Positions 1-9,229 of a stretch of 64,000 nt of DNA are shown here, piece after piece. Position 1 is the first letter of the stretch; every line of letters starts with the position of its first letter. Origin of the DNA: Candidatus Omnitrophota bacterium. Its GTDB lineage: Bacteria; Omnitrophota; Gorgyraeia; JAZDFF01. Under the pieces are notes generated by a model. It was not told the DNA's origin. It searched no databases and saw nothing but the letters and a program-made list of their open reading frames with translations. Both the position numbers and the translations under genes were made by a program. The stretch covers positions 26,624-90,623 of the forward strand of contig JAZDFF010000020.1 of the NCBI GenBank assembly GCA_043808095.1. The letters run 5' to 3'.

Positions 1-663
1 GATTTTTTGGCAGGCCTCAGCCTGGGGGAATATACGGCATTGGTAGCCTCAGGCGCAATTAGTTTTGAAGAGGCACTTATTCTTATCCGGCGCCGAGGCC
101 AATTTATGCAGGAGGCAGCCCAAGAAAATCCCGGAAAGATGGCCTCGATCTTAGGGCTATCCCGCGCATTGACCGAAGAGGTAGCCAGAGATTCGGGAGC
201 AGAGGTTGCCAATATTAATTCTCCGGGCCAGATCGTGATTTCTGGTTCATTAGCGGAAGTTGAAAAGGCCAAGAAATTGGCCATAGAAAAAGGCGCAAAG
301 CGAACCATTGACCTTGAGGTGAGCGGTGCGTTTCATTCTAAGTTTATGAAAGGCGCCGGCATAAAATTAGAAAAAGAATTGGCAAATATCAAGATTAACT
401 TGCCAGAGAAGCCAGTGGTCTCTAACGTCGAAGCCAGGCCTTATAAAGATATCCGCCAGATAAAAGAATACCTCGTGCGCCAGGTCAGTTCACCGGTGCT
501 CTGGCAGGATAGTTGCGAGTTTATGATTAAAGAAGGAGTAGGTCAATTCTTTGAGATCGGTCCGGGCAAGGTCTTAAAAAACCTTTTGCGGCGTATCGAT
601 GAAAATGCCCGGGTTGACAATATAGAGACACAAGAAGACATAATTAAATTGCCAAATTGCTAA
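1..663 (+). CDS. fabD: malonyl-CoA:ACP transacylase, 5'-truncated at the window edge
   Basis: Translation shows GLSLGEYTALVASG (the GHSLGEY active-site region) and the FabD C-terminal fold. The reading frame is open from base 1, so the 5' end lies outside the window. It sits in fab-operon context. Confidence 0.85.
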   Translation, partial: DFLAGLSLGEYTALVASGAISFEEALILIRRRGQFMQEAAQENPGKMASILGLSRALTEEVARDSGAEVANINSPGQIVISGSLAEVEKAKKLAIEKGAKRTIDLEVSGAFHSKFMKGAGIKLEKELANIKINLPEKPVVSNVEARPYKDIRQIKEYLVRQVSSPVLWQDSCEFMIKEGVGQFFEIGPGKVLKNLLRRIDENARVDNIETQEDIIKLPNC

Positions 664-718
664 ATTGCTCTATTGTTATATCAGTTTAACAATTTAGCAG
701 TTTAACAATGGAGGAAAG

Positions 719-1462
719 ATGCGACTCAAAGATAAGGTTGCTCTAATAACCGGCGGTGGCCGCGGCATCGGAAGAGAGATTGCCCTTCTTTTTGCCCAGG
801 AAGGCGCGGATATCGCTATCTGCGATGTGGATAAAGATTCCCTCTCAAAAACCCAAGAGGAGATTAACCCTTTGGGCAGGCAGTCCCTTACTTTTTGCGT
901 GGATGTGACCGTCTATAATCAGATAGAGGAGATGATAAACAAAATTCTTGACAAATTTAGCAAGATTGATATATTAGTTAACAATGCAGGTATAACCCGC
1001 GATAATTTATTGATACGCATGAGCGAGGAGGATTGGGATAAAGTAATCGCGGTGAACCTAAAGGGGGTTTTTAATTGCACCAAGGCCGTAGCCCGGTGCA
1101 TGATTAAACAAAGAAGCGGCAGGATTATAAATATTGCTTCGATAATCGGGCTTATCGGCAATGCCGGACAGGCAAATTACGCCGCTTCAAAAGCAGCGAT
1201 CCTTGGTTTTACAAAAACAACAGCCAAGGAATTAGCCAGCAGAGGCATTAACGTAAATGCAGTCGCGCCGGGTTTTATTGCCACGGATATGACGGATAAA
1301 TTACCCGATGCGGTCAAAGAGCATATGCTGGCGAATATTCCCCTAGCGAGGTTTGGCAAACCAACTGACGTGGCAAAGACCTGTTTATTTTTAGCATCAA
1401 GCGATGCCGATTATATCAGCGGCCAAACCATTGTTATAGATGGTGGTATGACCATGCATTAA
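719..1462 (+). CDS. fabG: 3-oxoacyl-ACP reductase
   Basis: Short-chain dehydrogenase/reductase with the TGGGRGIG Rossmann motif, NAG and Y-x3-K motifs, and the typical 247-aa length. It lies between fabD and acpP. Confidence 0.88.
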   Translation: MRLKDKVALITGGGRGIGREIALLFAQEGADIAICDVDKDSLSKTQEEINPLGRQSLTFCVDVTVYNQIEEMINKILDKFSKIDILVNNAGITRDNLLIRMSEEDWDKVIAVNLKGVFNCTKAVARCMIKQRSGRIINIASIIGLIGNAGQANYAASKAAILGFTKTTAKELASRGINVNAVAPGFIATDMTDKLPDAVKEHMLANIPLARFGKPTDVAKTCLFLASSDADYISGQTIVIDGGMTMH

Positions 1463-1632
1463 ATCAAATGACCCCGCTTCTTGCTTTCGCAAGAAAGCCG
1501 CGGGGGAATATGATCCGCCACTAATTAATGGCGGATTTAATTCGCACGAGCAAAGTATCAAGACATAGAAGATTAATTTACGTCGTCCTTGCGGACTACC
1601 TAAATTAAGTGCTCATCAAAGGAGGAATAAAT

Positions 1633-1875
1633 ATGGCAGTAACAGAGAAGGTAAAATCAATAATTGCCGAGCAGCTGGGGGTAAAGGAAGAAGAGGTTAC
1701 TCCTCAGGCGTCATTCATTGATGATTTAGGCGCTGATTCCTTAGATACTGTAGAACTGGTTATGGCGCTCGAAGAGGAATTCGGTATTGAGATTCCGGAT
1801 GAAGATGCCGAGAAGATGACTACTGTAGGCGATGCCATGAAATATATTGAAGAAAAAAGCGTGGCTAAAGGCTAA
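1633..1875 (+). CDS. acpP: acyl carrier protein
   Basis: Contains the [21 protein letters not shown] phosphopantetheine-attachment motif. A strong AAAGGAGG Shine-Dalgarno lies 8 nt upstream of ATG 1633; the tracked ORF start at 1609 is an artefactual extension. Confidence 0.9.
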   Translation: MAVTEKVKSIIAEQLGVKEEEVTPQASFIDDLGADSLDTVELVMALEEEFGIEIPDEDAEKMTTVGDAMKYIEEKSVAKG

Positions 1876-1915
1876 TTGTATATTTTGATGCACGTTAACC
1901 GTTTTTAAATATGAT

Positions 1916-1935
1916 GCCCCGACGAAAGTCGGGGC
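1916..1935 (+). promoter_or_regulatory. perfect 8-bp stem / GAAA tetraloop hairpin between acpP and fabF (attenuator-like)
   Basis: Sequence gccccgacGAAAgtcggggc. In many bacteria the acpP-fabF junction carries a partial terminator. Confidence 0.4.
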
Positions 1936-2002
1936 AAATATTTAAGTGACCCCGCCAAATGCGAGGGAACTCGTCTCGACATAACGTCGGGGCCAATTTA
2001 AG

Positions 2003-3250
2003 ATGAAGAGAGAGATAAAAAGAGTCGTAATAACAGGCCTGGGGGCAATCACTCCTTTAGGCAATAATGTCAAGGATTTCTGGCAGAACCTGCTTGCCGC
2101 AAAAAGCGGCATAAGCAAAATTACCCAGTTTGATGCCAGTGCCTTTGATTCACGCATAGCTGGCGAGGTAAAGGGTTTTGATCCTTTAGGATTCATCCCT
2201 CCTAAAGAGGCCAGGCGTATGGAGCCTTTTGCGCAGTTTGCGGTTGCAGCTGCTAAAGAGGCACTAATAGACTCCAAACTTAGCTTAGATAAGGAAGATG
2301 TAGACAGAATCGGGGTTTTGATTGGTTCGGGTATCGGGTCATTGCTGGTTATTGAAAGAGAACACAATATTTTCCTGGCAAAAGGCCCGAGTAAATTCTC
2401 GCCGTTTCTTATCCCCATGTTAATCGTCAATGAGGCAGCTGGTTGGGTCTCCATTATTTTAGGCCTAAAAGGCCCGAATTCATGCGTTACCACTGCCTGC
2501 GCCTCAGGAAGCCATTCCATAGGCGATGCCTTTAAGATTATCCAGCGTGGCGATGCAGATATTATGTTTACCGGAGGGACAGAAAGCTGTATTACTACTT
2601 TAGGGGTAGGAGGTTTTTGCGCCTTAAAGGCTTTATCCAAAAGAAATGATGAACCAGAGCGGGCCAGCCGGCCTTTTGATAAAGACCGGGACGGATTTGT
2701 TATTGCCGAAGGCGCAGGCATAGTTGCCTTGGAAGAACTTGAGCACGCATTAAAGAGAAATGCGCCTATTTATTGCGAGATGGTCGGATACGGCATGAGT
2801 TCAGATGCCTATCATATTACTGCCCCAGACCCAGAGGGCGATGGCGCAAGACGCGCAATGCAGGCAGCCTTAAAAGATGCCCGGATAAAAACCGAAGAGG
2901 TTTCTTACATAAACAGCCACGGGACTTCAACTCTCTTAAACGATAAATTAGAGACCCTGGCAATTAAAAATCTTTTCGGGGCGTATGCCAAAAAGATTGC
3001 GGTAAATTCTACTAAATCCATGACCGGCCATCCGCTGGGCGCAGCAGGCGGTATGGAGTTTATAGTTTCTTGCCTATCGGTTAAAAATGATGTCGTCCAT
3101 CAGACCGTTAATTACGAAAATCCTGATCCTGAATGCGATTTAGATTATGTCCCGAACCACGCGCGCAATATGAAGGTAAACGTTGCCATGTCTAATTCAC
3201 TGGGTTTTGGCGGGCATAATGCCACCCTCGTAGTAAAAAAATTTAAATAA
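2003..3250 (+). CDS. fabF: 3-oxoacyl-ACP synthase II
   Basis: 415-aa KAS II with the active-site Cys region (TTACASGSHSIGDA) and the two His regions (INSHGTST, GHPLGAAG). Confidence 0.9.
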   Translation: MKREIKRVVITGLGAITPLGNNVKDFWQNLLAAKSGISKITQFDASAFDSRIAGEVKGFDPLGFIPPKEARRMEPFAQFAVAAAKEALIDSKLSLDKEDVDRIGVLIGSGIGSLLVIEREHNIFLAKGPSKFSPFLIPMLIVNEAAGWVSIILGLKGPNSCVTTACASGSHSIGDAFKIIQRGDADIMFTGGTESCITTLGVGGFCALKALSKRNDEPERASRPFDKDRDGFVIAEGAGIVALEELEHALKRNAPIYCEMVGYGMSSDAYHITAPDPEGDGARRAMQAALKDARIKTEEVSYINSHGTSTLLNDKLETLAIKNLFGAYAKKIAVNSTKSMTGHPLGAAGGMEFIVSCLSVKNDVVHQTVNYENPDPECDLDYVPNHARNMKVNVAMSNSLGFGGHNATLVVKKFK

Positions 3251-3355
3251 AAAGTTGGCTGATGTTGTATGAGGTTATATGGTGTTGTCTGAAGTTGCAA
3301 TGCAACATTATGTAACCTTTGATAACCCCATTTAACCTCAGATAACCTTTATAAG

Positions 3356-4645
3356 ATGCCTTATACTATTACGGAAAAAATTTTACTGGCGCATATTAAA
3401 CAAAAATCGATTAAACCCGGAGATTTTATCTGGGCTAATGTTGATTTTTGCCTGGGTAACGATATTACCACGCCTCTTGCGATAAGCGAATTCCTGAAAC
3501 TGGGAAAATCCAAGGTATTTGACAATGAGAAGATTGCCCTTGTCCCGGACCATTTCACCCCGGCCAAGGATAGGATAGCAGCTTGCCGGGCAAAGGAGCT
3601 GAAATGTTTTGCGCAAAAATTTAAAATCAAACATTATTATGAAATAGGATGTATGGGAATTGAACATGCGCTTCTTCCGGAATTGGGTTTAGTCGGGCCG
3701 GGAGATTTAATTATCGGCGCAGACTCGCATACCTGCACCTACGGTGCATTGGGCGCTTTTTCAAGCGGGGTGGGTTCGACGGACCTGGCCTCTTGTTTTG
3801 CTACCGGCGGCATCTGGCTTAAAACCCCTGAGACTATAAAATTTGAATATAAAGGCAAACTTGGAAAATGGTTAGGCGGCAAGGACATTATCCTTTATAC
3901 TATTAGTGATATCGGCGTTGATGGCGCAAATTACAGGGCCATGGAGTTCTGCGGCCCGGTTATACGTAATCTTGGTATGGATGACAGGTTTACCATTTCT
4001 AATATGGCTATTGAGGCCGGAGGAAAATCCGGGATAATTGAGCCGGACGAGGTTACGAAAGAGTACGTACGGACAGTAACCAGTAACCAGAAACCAGTAA
4101 CCAGAAAAAAGATAAATTGGGCGGATCTAAAGAGCGATAAGGATGCCAACTATGTTTATGTAAAAGGTTATGATGTTACAAAATGGGAACCGGCAGTAGC
4201 CTGCCCGCATTTACCGAGTAATGTCATGCCGGTCAGCAGTGTCAAGAACGTTAAACTGAATCAGGTGGTAATCGGCTCCTGCACTAACGGCAGGATTTCA
4301 GATTTAAGGATTGCGGCCAAAATATTAAAAGGGAAAAAAATAAAATCGGGATTACGGGTAATAGTCATTCCGGCAACCCAAAAGGTATATTTAGAGTGCG
4401 TGAAACTTGGCCTGGCAGAGGTCTTTGTCAGGGCGGGGGCGATTTTTTCAACCCCTACCTGCGGGCCATGCCTGGGCGGGCATTCGGGGATCTTAGACGA
4501 CGGTGAGGTTGCGCTTGCCACCACCAACAGGAATTTTCTTGGTCGCATGGGCAGCCCAAAGAGTTTTGTCTATCTGTCTAATCCGGCAGTAGCTGCGGCA
4601 TCGGCAATTAAAGGAGAGATCTGCCATCCGGATGAGGTCATTTAA
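3356..4645 (+). CDS. leuC: 3-isopropylmalate dehydratase large subunit (aconitase-family, archaeal-type LeuC/HacA)
   Basis: Aconitase catalytic-domain motifs: DSHT, the GSCTNGR Cys ligand, and the TCGPCLG motif. It is followed by a small-subunit gene. Confidence 0.85.
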   Translation: MPYTITEKILLAHIKQKSIKPGDFIWANVDFCLGNDITTPLAISEFLKLGKSKVFDNEKIALVPDHFTPAKDRIAACRAKELKCFAQKFKIKHYYEIGCMGIEHALLPELGLVGPGDLIIGADSHTCTYGALGAFSSGVGSTDLASCFATGGIWLKTPETIKFEYKGKLGKWLGGKDIILYTISDIGVDGANYRAMEFCGPVIRNLGMDDRFTISNMAIEAGGKSGIIEPDEVTKEYVRTVTSNQKPVTRKKINWADLKSDKDANYVYVKGYDVTKWEPAVACPHLPSNVMPVSSVKNVKLNQVVIGSCTNGRISDLRIAAKILKGKKIKSGLRVIVIPATQKVYLECVKLGLAEVFVRAGAIFSTPTCGPCLGGHSGILDDGEVALATTNRNFLGRMGSPKSFVYLSNPAVAAASAIKGEICHPDEVI

Positions 4646-4738
4646 ACGCAGATTAGCGCAGATTTTATGCTAAAATATTTACGTTTTACAGATTAGCACA
4701 GATTGATTATCTGTGCCCATCTGTGCAAGGAAACGAAA

Positions 4739-5245
4739 ATGGTTATAGAAGGTAAGGTACATAAATTCGGGGATGACGTAAATACCGACGAGATTATTGC
4801 CGCAAAATACTTGAATATTGCTGACCCTAAAGAACTGGGCAAGTCCTGTATGGAGACCTTGGATAAAGATTTTTCAAAAAAAGTCTCTCCAGGTGATATA
4901 ATAGTGGCGGGGAAAAATTTCGGCTGCGGCTCAAGCCGGGAGCATGCGCCCCTTTCCATTAAAGGAGCGGCTATTTCCTGCGTAGTAGCCAAGAGTTTTG
5001 CCCGGATATTTTATCGTAACGCCTTAAATATCGGGCTTCCTATCGTGGTAATCCAAGATACCGATAGGATTAAATCAGGGGACAGTCTCCGCGTAGACTT
5101 AAAAAACGGGATTATTAAAGACTTAACTTGCGGGATAAATTTTGATACCGAGAAGTTCCCGCAGTTTATGCAGGAGATTATAAATTCCGGCGGTTTAATA
5201 AAATGGGTTGCCAAAAATCCCGACTTATCAAAGAAGGTCAAATGA
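4739..5245 (+). CDS. leuD: 3-isopropylmalate dehydratase small subunit
   Basis: Aconitase swivel domain (GKNFGCGSSREHAP). The start was placed at the ATG beginning MVIEGKVHKFGD; the upstream part of the tracked ORF lies within intergenic repeats. Confidence 0.85.
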   Translation: MVIEGKVHKFGDDVNTDEIIAAKYLNIADPKELGKSCMETLDKDFSKKVSPGDIIVAGKNFGCGSSREHAPLSIKGAAISCVVAKSFARIFYRNALNIGLPIVVIQDTDRIKSGDSLRVDLKNGIIKDLTCGINFDTEKFPQFMQEIINSGGLIKWVAKNPDLSKKVK

Positions 5246-5408
5246 GACCATAACTTACGGAACGTTAGTGACGTAAGTTATATGGTCGAATTTGATCCTT
5301 GACATCTTGGATGTCAAGGATTTAATTCACAGATGTCCCGACGATACATCGGGACTACAACTTACGTCGTTTTACTCCGTAAGTTGTCTGTTCATTAAAA
5401 GAGGGATT

Positions 5409-5681
5409 ATGAAAATCGAAAAAGAGACAATTGAGGTTATTGTGCTTACTCAATATTATCGCATTGAGGGTACTGTGCATATCTTGCCAGGTGGAAGGAT
5501 TACAGATTTCATCTCTTCGCGCAATGTGGAAAATTTTATTCCGGTTACCAATGCTAAGATCTATTCTACCTTACAAAATAAAATGCTTTATCATACCGAT
5601 TTCCTAAACCTGAATACCAATTTTATCGCCCTGCTTTTACCGAAAAAGAATGTTAAAGAGGTAGGTTCTTCAGATGTATAA
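5409..5681 (+). CDS. hypothetical small protein (about 91 aa) inserted between leuD and leuB
   Basis: Open frame with a plausible RBS (AGAGGG) before ATG 5409. It has no recognisable motif, and its stop overlaps the leuB start. Confidence 0.35.
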   Translation: MKIEKETIEVIVLTQYYRIEGTVHILPGGRITDFISSRNVENFIPVTNAKIYSTLQNKMLYHTDFLNLNTNFIALLLPKKNVKEVGSSDV

Positions 5682-6723
5682 GATTGCGGTTATTCCCGGT
5701 GACGGCACCGGCCCTGAGGTAGTTCGAGAAGGCCTTAAGGTCTTAGAGGCGGCGTCCAGGAAATTTAATTTTAAATACGAGGCCAAGACCTTTGATTTTG
5801 GAGGGGATAGATACCTCAAGACCAATAAGACCCTCGAGGATAAAGACGTCGAGGAATTAAGAAAATATAGCGCCATTTATCTTGGGGCTATCGGCCATCC
5901 TGAGGTTGCGCCGGGCATTTTAGAGACCGGGATACTGCTTAAATTAAGATTTTCTCTCGATCAATATATTAATTTTCGTCCGGTAAGGCTTTACGACGCT
6001 AAATTCTGTCCGCTTAAGGATAAGAAGCCTGAGGATATTGATTTTGTGGTAGTGCGCGAGAATTCCGAAGGCCTGTATAAAGGTATGGGTGAGTTTAAGG
6101 ATAAAGGCACAAAAGATGAAGTAGCTATCCAGATTTCATATAATACGAGAAAGGGAGTTGAACGCTGTATCCGTTATGCCTTCGAGTATTGTCGAAAGCG
6201 CAATAAGAAAAAAAAGCTCACGCTTTGCGGAAAAACTAATGTCCTGACTTTTGCCTGGGACCTCTGGCAGAGGACCTTTAATGAGGTAGCCAAGGATTAT
6301 CCGGATATTACTGGAGACTACGCCCATGTGGATGCTACGACCATGTGGTTTGTCAAAAATCCGGAGTGGTTTGACGTGATTGTAACGGATAACATGTTCG
6401 GTGATATCATCACGGATTTGGGGGCGATGGTCCAGGGCGGTATGGGTATTGCTGCCGGAGGAAACATCAACCCCCAGGGTGTATCCATGTTTGAGCCGAT
6501 CGGCGGGTCTGCGCCAAAATATACCGGGAAGGACGTCATTAATCCCCTGGCTGCGATTTGCGCTCTCGGGATGATGCTTGAGAATTTAGGCGAGGAAAAA
6601 GCCGGTCGTGCCGTTGAAAATTCAGTAATAAAAGTAGCGACCGGTAAATTAAAATCCCTGGCAGCAGGCAAGATGGGATATAGCACTAGCGAGGTTGGGA
6701 ACTTAGTAGTAGAATATTTGTAA
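5674..6723 (+). CDS. leuB: 3-isopropylmalate dehydrogenase (isocitrate/isopropylmalate dehydrogenase family)
   Basis: N-terminus MYKIAVIPGDGTGPEV, metal/NAD-binding regions (DNMFGDIITD, GGSAPKYTGK), and leu-operon context. Confidence 0.85.
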   Translation: MYKIAVIPGDGTGPEVVREGLKVLEAASRKFNFKYEAKTFDFGGDRYLKTNKTLEDKDVEELRKYSAIYLGAIGHPEVAPGILETGILLKLRFSLDQYINFRPVRLYDAKFCPLKDKKPEDIDFVVVRENSEGLYKGMGEFKDKGTKDEVAIQISYNTRKGVERCIRYAFEYCRKRNKKKKLTLCGKTNVLTFAWDLWQRTFNEVAKDYPDITGDYAHVDATTMWFVKNPEWFDVIVTDNMFGDIITDLGAMVQGGMGIAAGGNINPQGVSMFEPIGGSAPKYTGKDVINPLAAICALGMMLENLGEEKAGRAVENSVIKVATGKLKSLAAGKMGYSTSEVGNLVVEYL

Positions 6724-6815
6724 CCCCATACTTACGTATGGGGAATGTATAGATACCACATACGTAAGTATGTGGAGTCGAAGAGATAATTATGCAAAAA
6801 AAGTCAAAATATAAT

Positions 6816-7919
6816 ATGGCAGTAGTAGGTGTGGGTGCGGTAGGTATTGAGATGTTACGTTGCCTGAGAGGGCGTAATTTCCCTATCGGGGATTTACGCG
6901 TCTTTGCGCGTTCTGCCAGGGATATCCAGGTAGACGGACAGAATTATTCTGTTTTCGCCATTTCGCCTGAAGGGTTCGATGGTATAGACATCGCACTTTT
7001 TGCCGGCACTGAAGGCGAAAAAGGCGCGGCAGTTACCTATGCTATTGAGGCCGTAAAAAGAGGCGCAGTAGTCATTGATAATGGAGCGGATTTCAGGATG
7101 GACCCCAAAGTGCCTTTAGTGGTACCTGAGGTAAATGCAAAGGATTTGGATCTCATTAGAAATTGGTTACTTGAAAAAAAACACAGGCCAGAAGGCCGTG
7201 GTTTGGCTTCCGATAAGCCAGAGGGCGATGGTTTGGCCTCCTATGGCCAAAGCCATAGCCAAAGCCATAAAGGCATAATTGCTAATCCTAATTGCTCGAC
7301 TATCCAGATGGTCGTGGCCATTCATCCTATATATGAAGCAGTGGGTATCAAAAGAATAATAGCTTGTAGTTATCAGGCAGTTTCTGGAGCGGGTAGGAGT
7401 GGCATAGAGCAGCTTGAGGGTGAAATTAAGGAATATTTGAAATTAAAGCGGAAGCAACCTTTGCTAGCAGCATTTGCTTATAGGATTTCCAAGAATGTTA
7501 TACCTCAGATTGGAAACTTTGGACAAGATAGTTATACTTCAGAGGAATGGAAAATGGTTCATGAGACTCACAAGATTATGCATGATAAAAATATTAAGAT
7601 TTCTGCTACTTGTGTCAGGGTACCAGTAGAAACTGGTCACTCTGAGGCGATATATTTAGAGACCAGAAAGCATATAACTGCGGAGAAAGTAAGAAGGCTT
7701 TTGGCAAAGAACCCGGGCATTAAAATATTTGATAGTACCAAAGAAGGAATTTATCCTGTTCCAAGTCTTGCCGAAGGAAAGGATGAGGTTTTCGTCGGCC
7801 GCATAAGACGCGACCCTTTTGTCAAAAACGGCCTATGGTTATGGGTGGTATCGGATAACCTGCGTAAAGGTGCAGCCCTAAACGCGGTGCAGATAGCAGA
7901 ATGCGTAATATCAGGCTGA
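6816..7919 (+). CDS. asd: aspartate-semialdehyde dehydrogenase
   Basis: NAD-binding N-terminus MAVVGVGAVG and the IANPNCSTIQMV active-site Cys motif. A repeat-rich insert of about 30 aa (PEGRGLASDKPEGDGLASYGQSHSQSH) precedes the catalytic motif. Confidence 0.85.
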   Translation: MAVVGVGAVGIEMLRCLRGRNFPIGDLRVFARSARDIQVDGQNYSVFAISPEGFDGIDIALFAGTEGEKGAAVTYAIEAVKRGAVVIDNGADFRMDPKVPLVVPEVNAKDLDLIRNWLLEKKHRPEGRGLASDKPEGDGLASYGQSHSQSHKGIIANPNCSTIQMVVAIHPIYEAVGIKRIIACSYQAVSGAGRSGIEQLEGEIKEYLKLKRKQPLLAAFAYRISKNVIPQIGNFGQDSYTSEEWKMVHETHKIMHDKNIKISATCVRVPVETGHSEAIYLETRKHITAEKVRRLLAKNPGIKIFDSTKEGIYPVPSLAEGKDEVFVGRIRRDPFVKNGLWLWVVSDNLRKGAALNAVQIAECVISG

Positions 7920-8758
7920 CCATAGAATACGACGGCAGTACTTTTTGCGGCTGGCAGACTCAAAACAGTCATTCCCTCGACTTCGCTCGGGACTCCCTTC
8001 GGTCGCAGGCCACAAAGTCACTCCCTCGACTTCGCTCGGGACTCCCTTCGGTCGCAGGCCACCAGAAAAAAGCAATTCAAGATACAATCGAGCGAGCCCT
8101 CCAGAAGATCCTTCAGGAAAAAATAAAACTCATTGCTTCAGGAAGAACGGATAGCGGAGTCCATGCCGTAGCTCAGGTCGCTAATTTTAAGACCCATTGC
8201 CGGATTTCTTTAGAAAAACTCCACAAGGCTGTTAATGCGCTCTTACCGGATGAGATTTCAGTTATCAAGGTCGAAGAGGCAAGTCCTGATTTTCATAGCA
8301 GATTCTCGGCTAAATCAAAAATCTATCGCTATACCATACTTAATCGGCCTTATCGCTCGTCATTATTGAAGAATAAGGTTTATTTCTGTCCTCATCCTTT
8401 GGACTTCAAACTGATGCAAAAAGAGGCCAAAGTCCTCCTGGGAAGGCATGATTTTAGCGCCTTTTGCGCCAGCAACAGTAATGTCAAAGATACAATCAGG
8501 ACAGTCAAAACAATAAAAATCGAAACGCTGCCTTATCCGGACGCTAGTCAAAAAGATAAGCCATTAATTGTAATTGAAATCGAGGCAGACGGATTTCTTT
8601 ACAATATGGTAAGAAATATCTTGGGGACATTGATTGATATAGGAAGAGGCCGCTTCAAAAAAGGCAGTTTAAAACGCATTCTCGCTACAGGAGATAGGAA
8701 GCTTGCTGGCCCGACTGCCCCAGCCTGCGGCCTTTATCTAGTAAAAGTTAAATATTGA
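7901..8758 (+). CDS. truA: tRNA pseudouridine(38-40) synthase
   Basis: N-terminus RLTIEYDGSTFCGWQ plus the catalytic region GRTDSGVHA. A 49-nt tandem duplication is embedded after GWQTQ. Confidence 0.8.
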   Translation: MRNIRLTIEYDGSTFCGWQTQNSHSLDFARDSLRSQATKSLPRLRSGLPSVAGHQKKAIQDTIERALQKILQEKIKLIASGRTDSGVHAVAQVANFKTHCRISLEKLHKAVNALLPDEISVIKVEEASPDFHSRFSAKSKIYRYTILNRPYRSSLLKNKVYFCPHPLDFKLMQKEAKVLLGRHDFSAFCASNSNVKDTIRTVKTIKIETLPYPDASQKDKPLIVIEIEADGFLYNMVRNILGTLIDIGRGRFKKGSLKRILATGDRKLAGPTAPACGLYLVKVKY

Positions 8759-8796
8759 CTTTTCGGGGAGTTAATGTTATACTTTATAATTCTATG

Positions 8797-9225
8797 ATTA
8801 GAACTTATATGCAAAATGTAAAAGACGTAAAAAGGACTTGGTATCTAATGGATGCCAAGGACAAGGTCCTGGGCAGATTCGCGGTTTCTGTCGCTAAACT
8901 CTTACACGGCAAAGAGAAAACCACATTTACCCCGCACGTCGACGGCGGAGACTATGTAGTGGTCATTAATGCCAAAGAGATAAGAGTAACCGGCAAGAAA
9001 TTACATGACAAGATTTATTCAAGATATTCAGGTTATCCCAGCGGACGCAGGGAAATGAATTTAGAAACACTCCTTAAAAAGAGGCCGGAGCAGGTAATAA
9101 GATTAGCAGTTAGCAGGATGTTACCTAAAAATAAATTAGCTAAAAAGATGATGAGGCGGCTTAAGGTTTATGCCGAGAATAAGCATCCCCATCAAGTACA
9201 GAATATAATGTTAAAAAAGGCTTAA
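8797..9225 (+). CDS. rplM: 50S ribosomal protein L13
   Basis: Aligns with L13 ([33 protein letters not shown]). The start was chosen at MIRTYMQ to match the E. coli N-terminus spacing. Confidence 0.88.
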   Translation: MRTYMQNVKDVKRTWYLMDAKDKVLGRFAVSVAKLLHGKEKTTFTPHVDGGDYVVVINAKEIRVTGKKLHDKIYSRYSGYPSGRREMNLETLLKKRPEQVIRLAVSRMLPKNKLAKKMMRRLKVYAENKHPHQVQNIMLKKA

Positions 9226-9229
9226 TTCT

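Noticed and set aside
919-1359. Minus-strand ORFs inside fabG (919..1161, 1177..1359)
   Set aside because: They are shadow ORFs within a well-supported + strand gene. All minus-strand ORFs in the track are treated the same way, for example 1942..2721, 11068..11889, 13886..14344, 20647..21042, 57287..57739 and 59929..60591.
5292-5408. N-terminal extension of tracked ORF 5292..5681
   Set aside because: The first 39 codons read through the stacked perfect hairpins. If the ORF is real, it more likely starts at ATG 5409 with its own RBS.
7945-8154. + strand ORF of 69 aa overlapping truA
   Set aside because: It is an alternative frame through the 49-nt tandem repeat inside truA. The truA frame is continuous and conserved.
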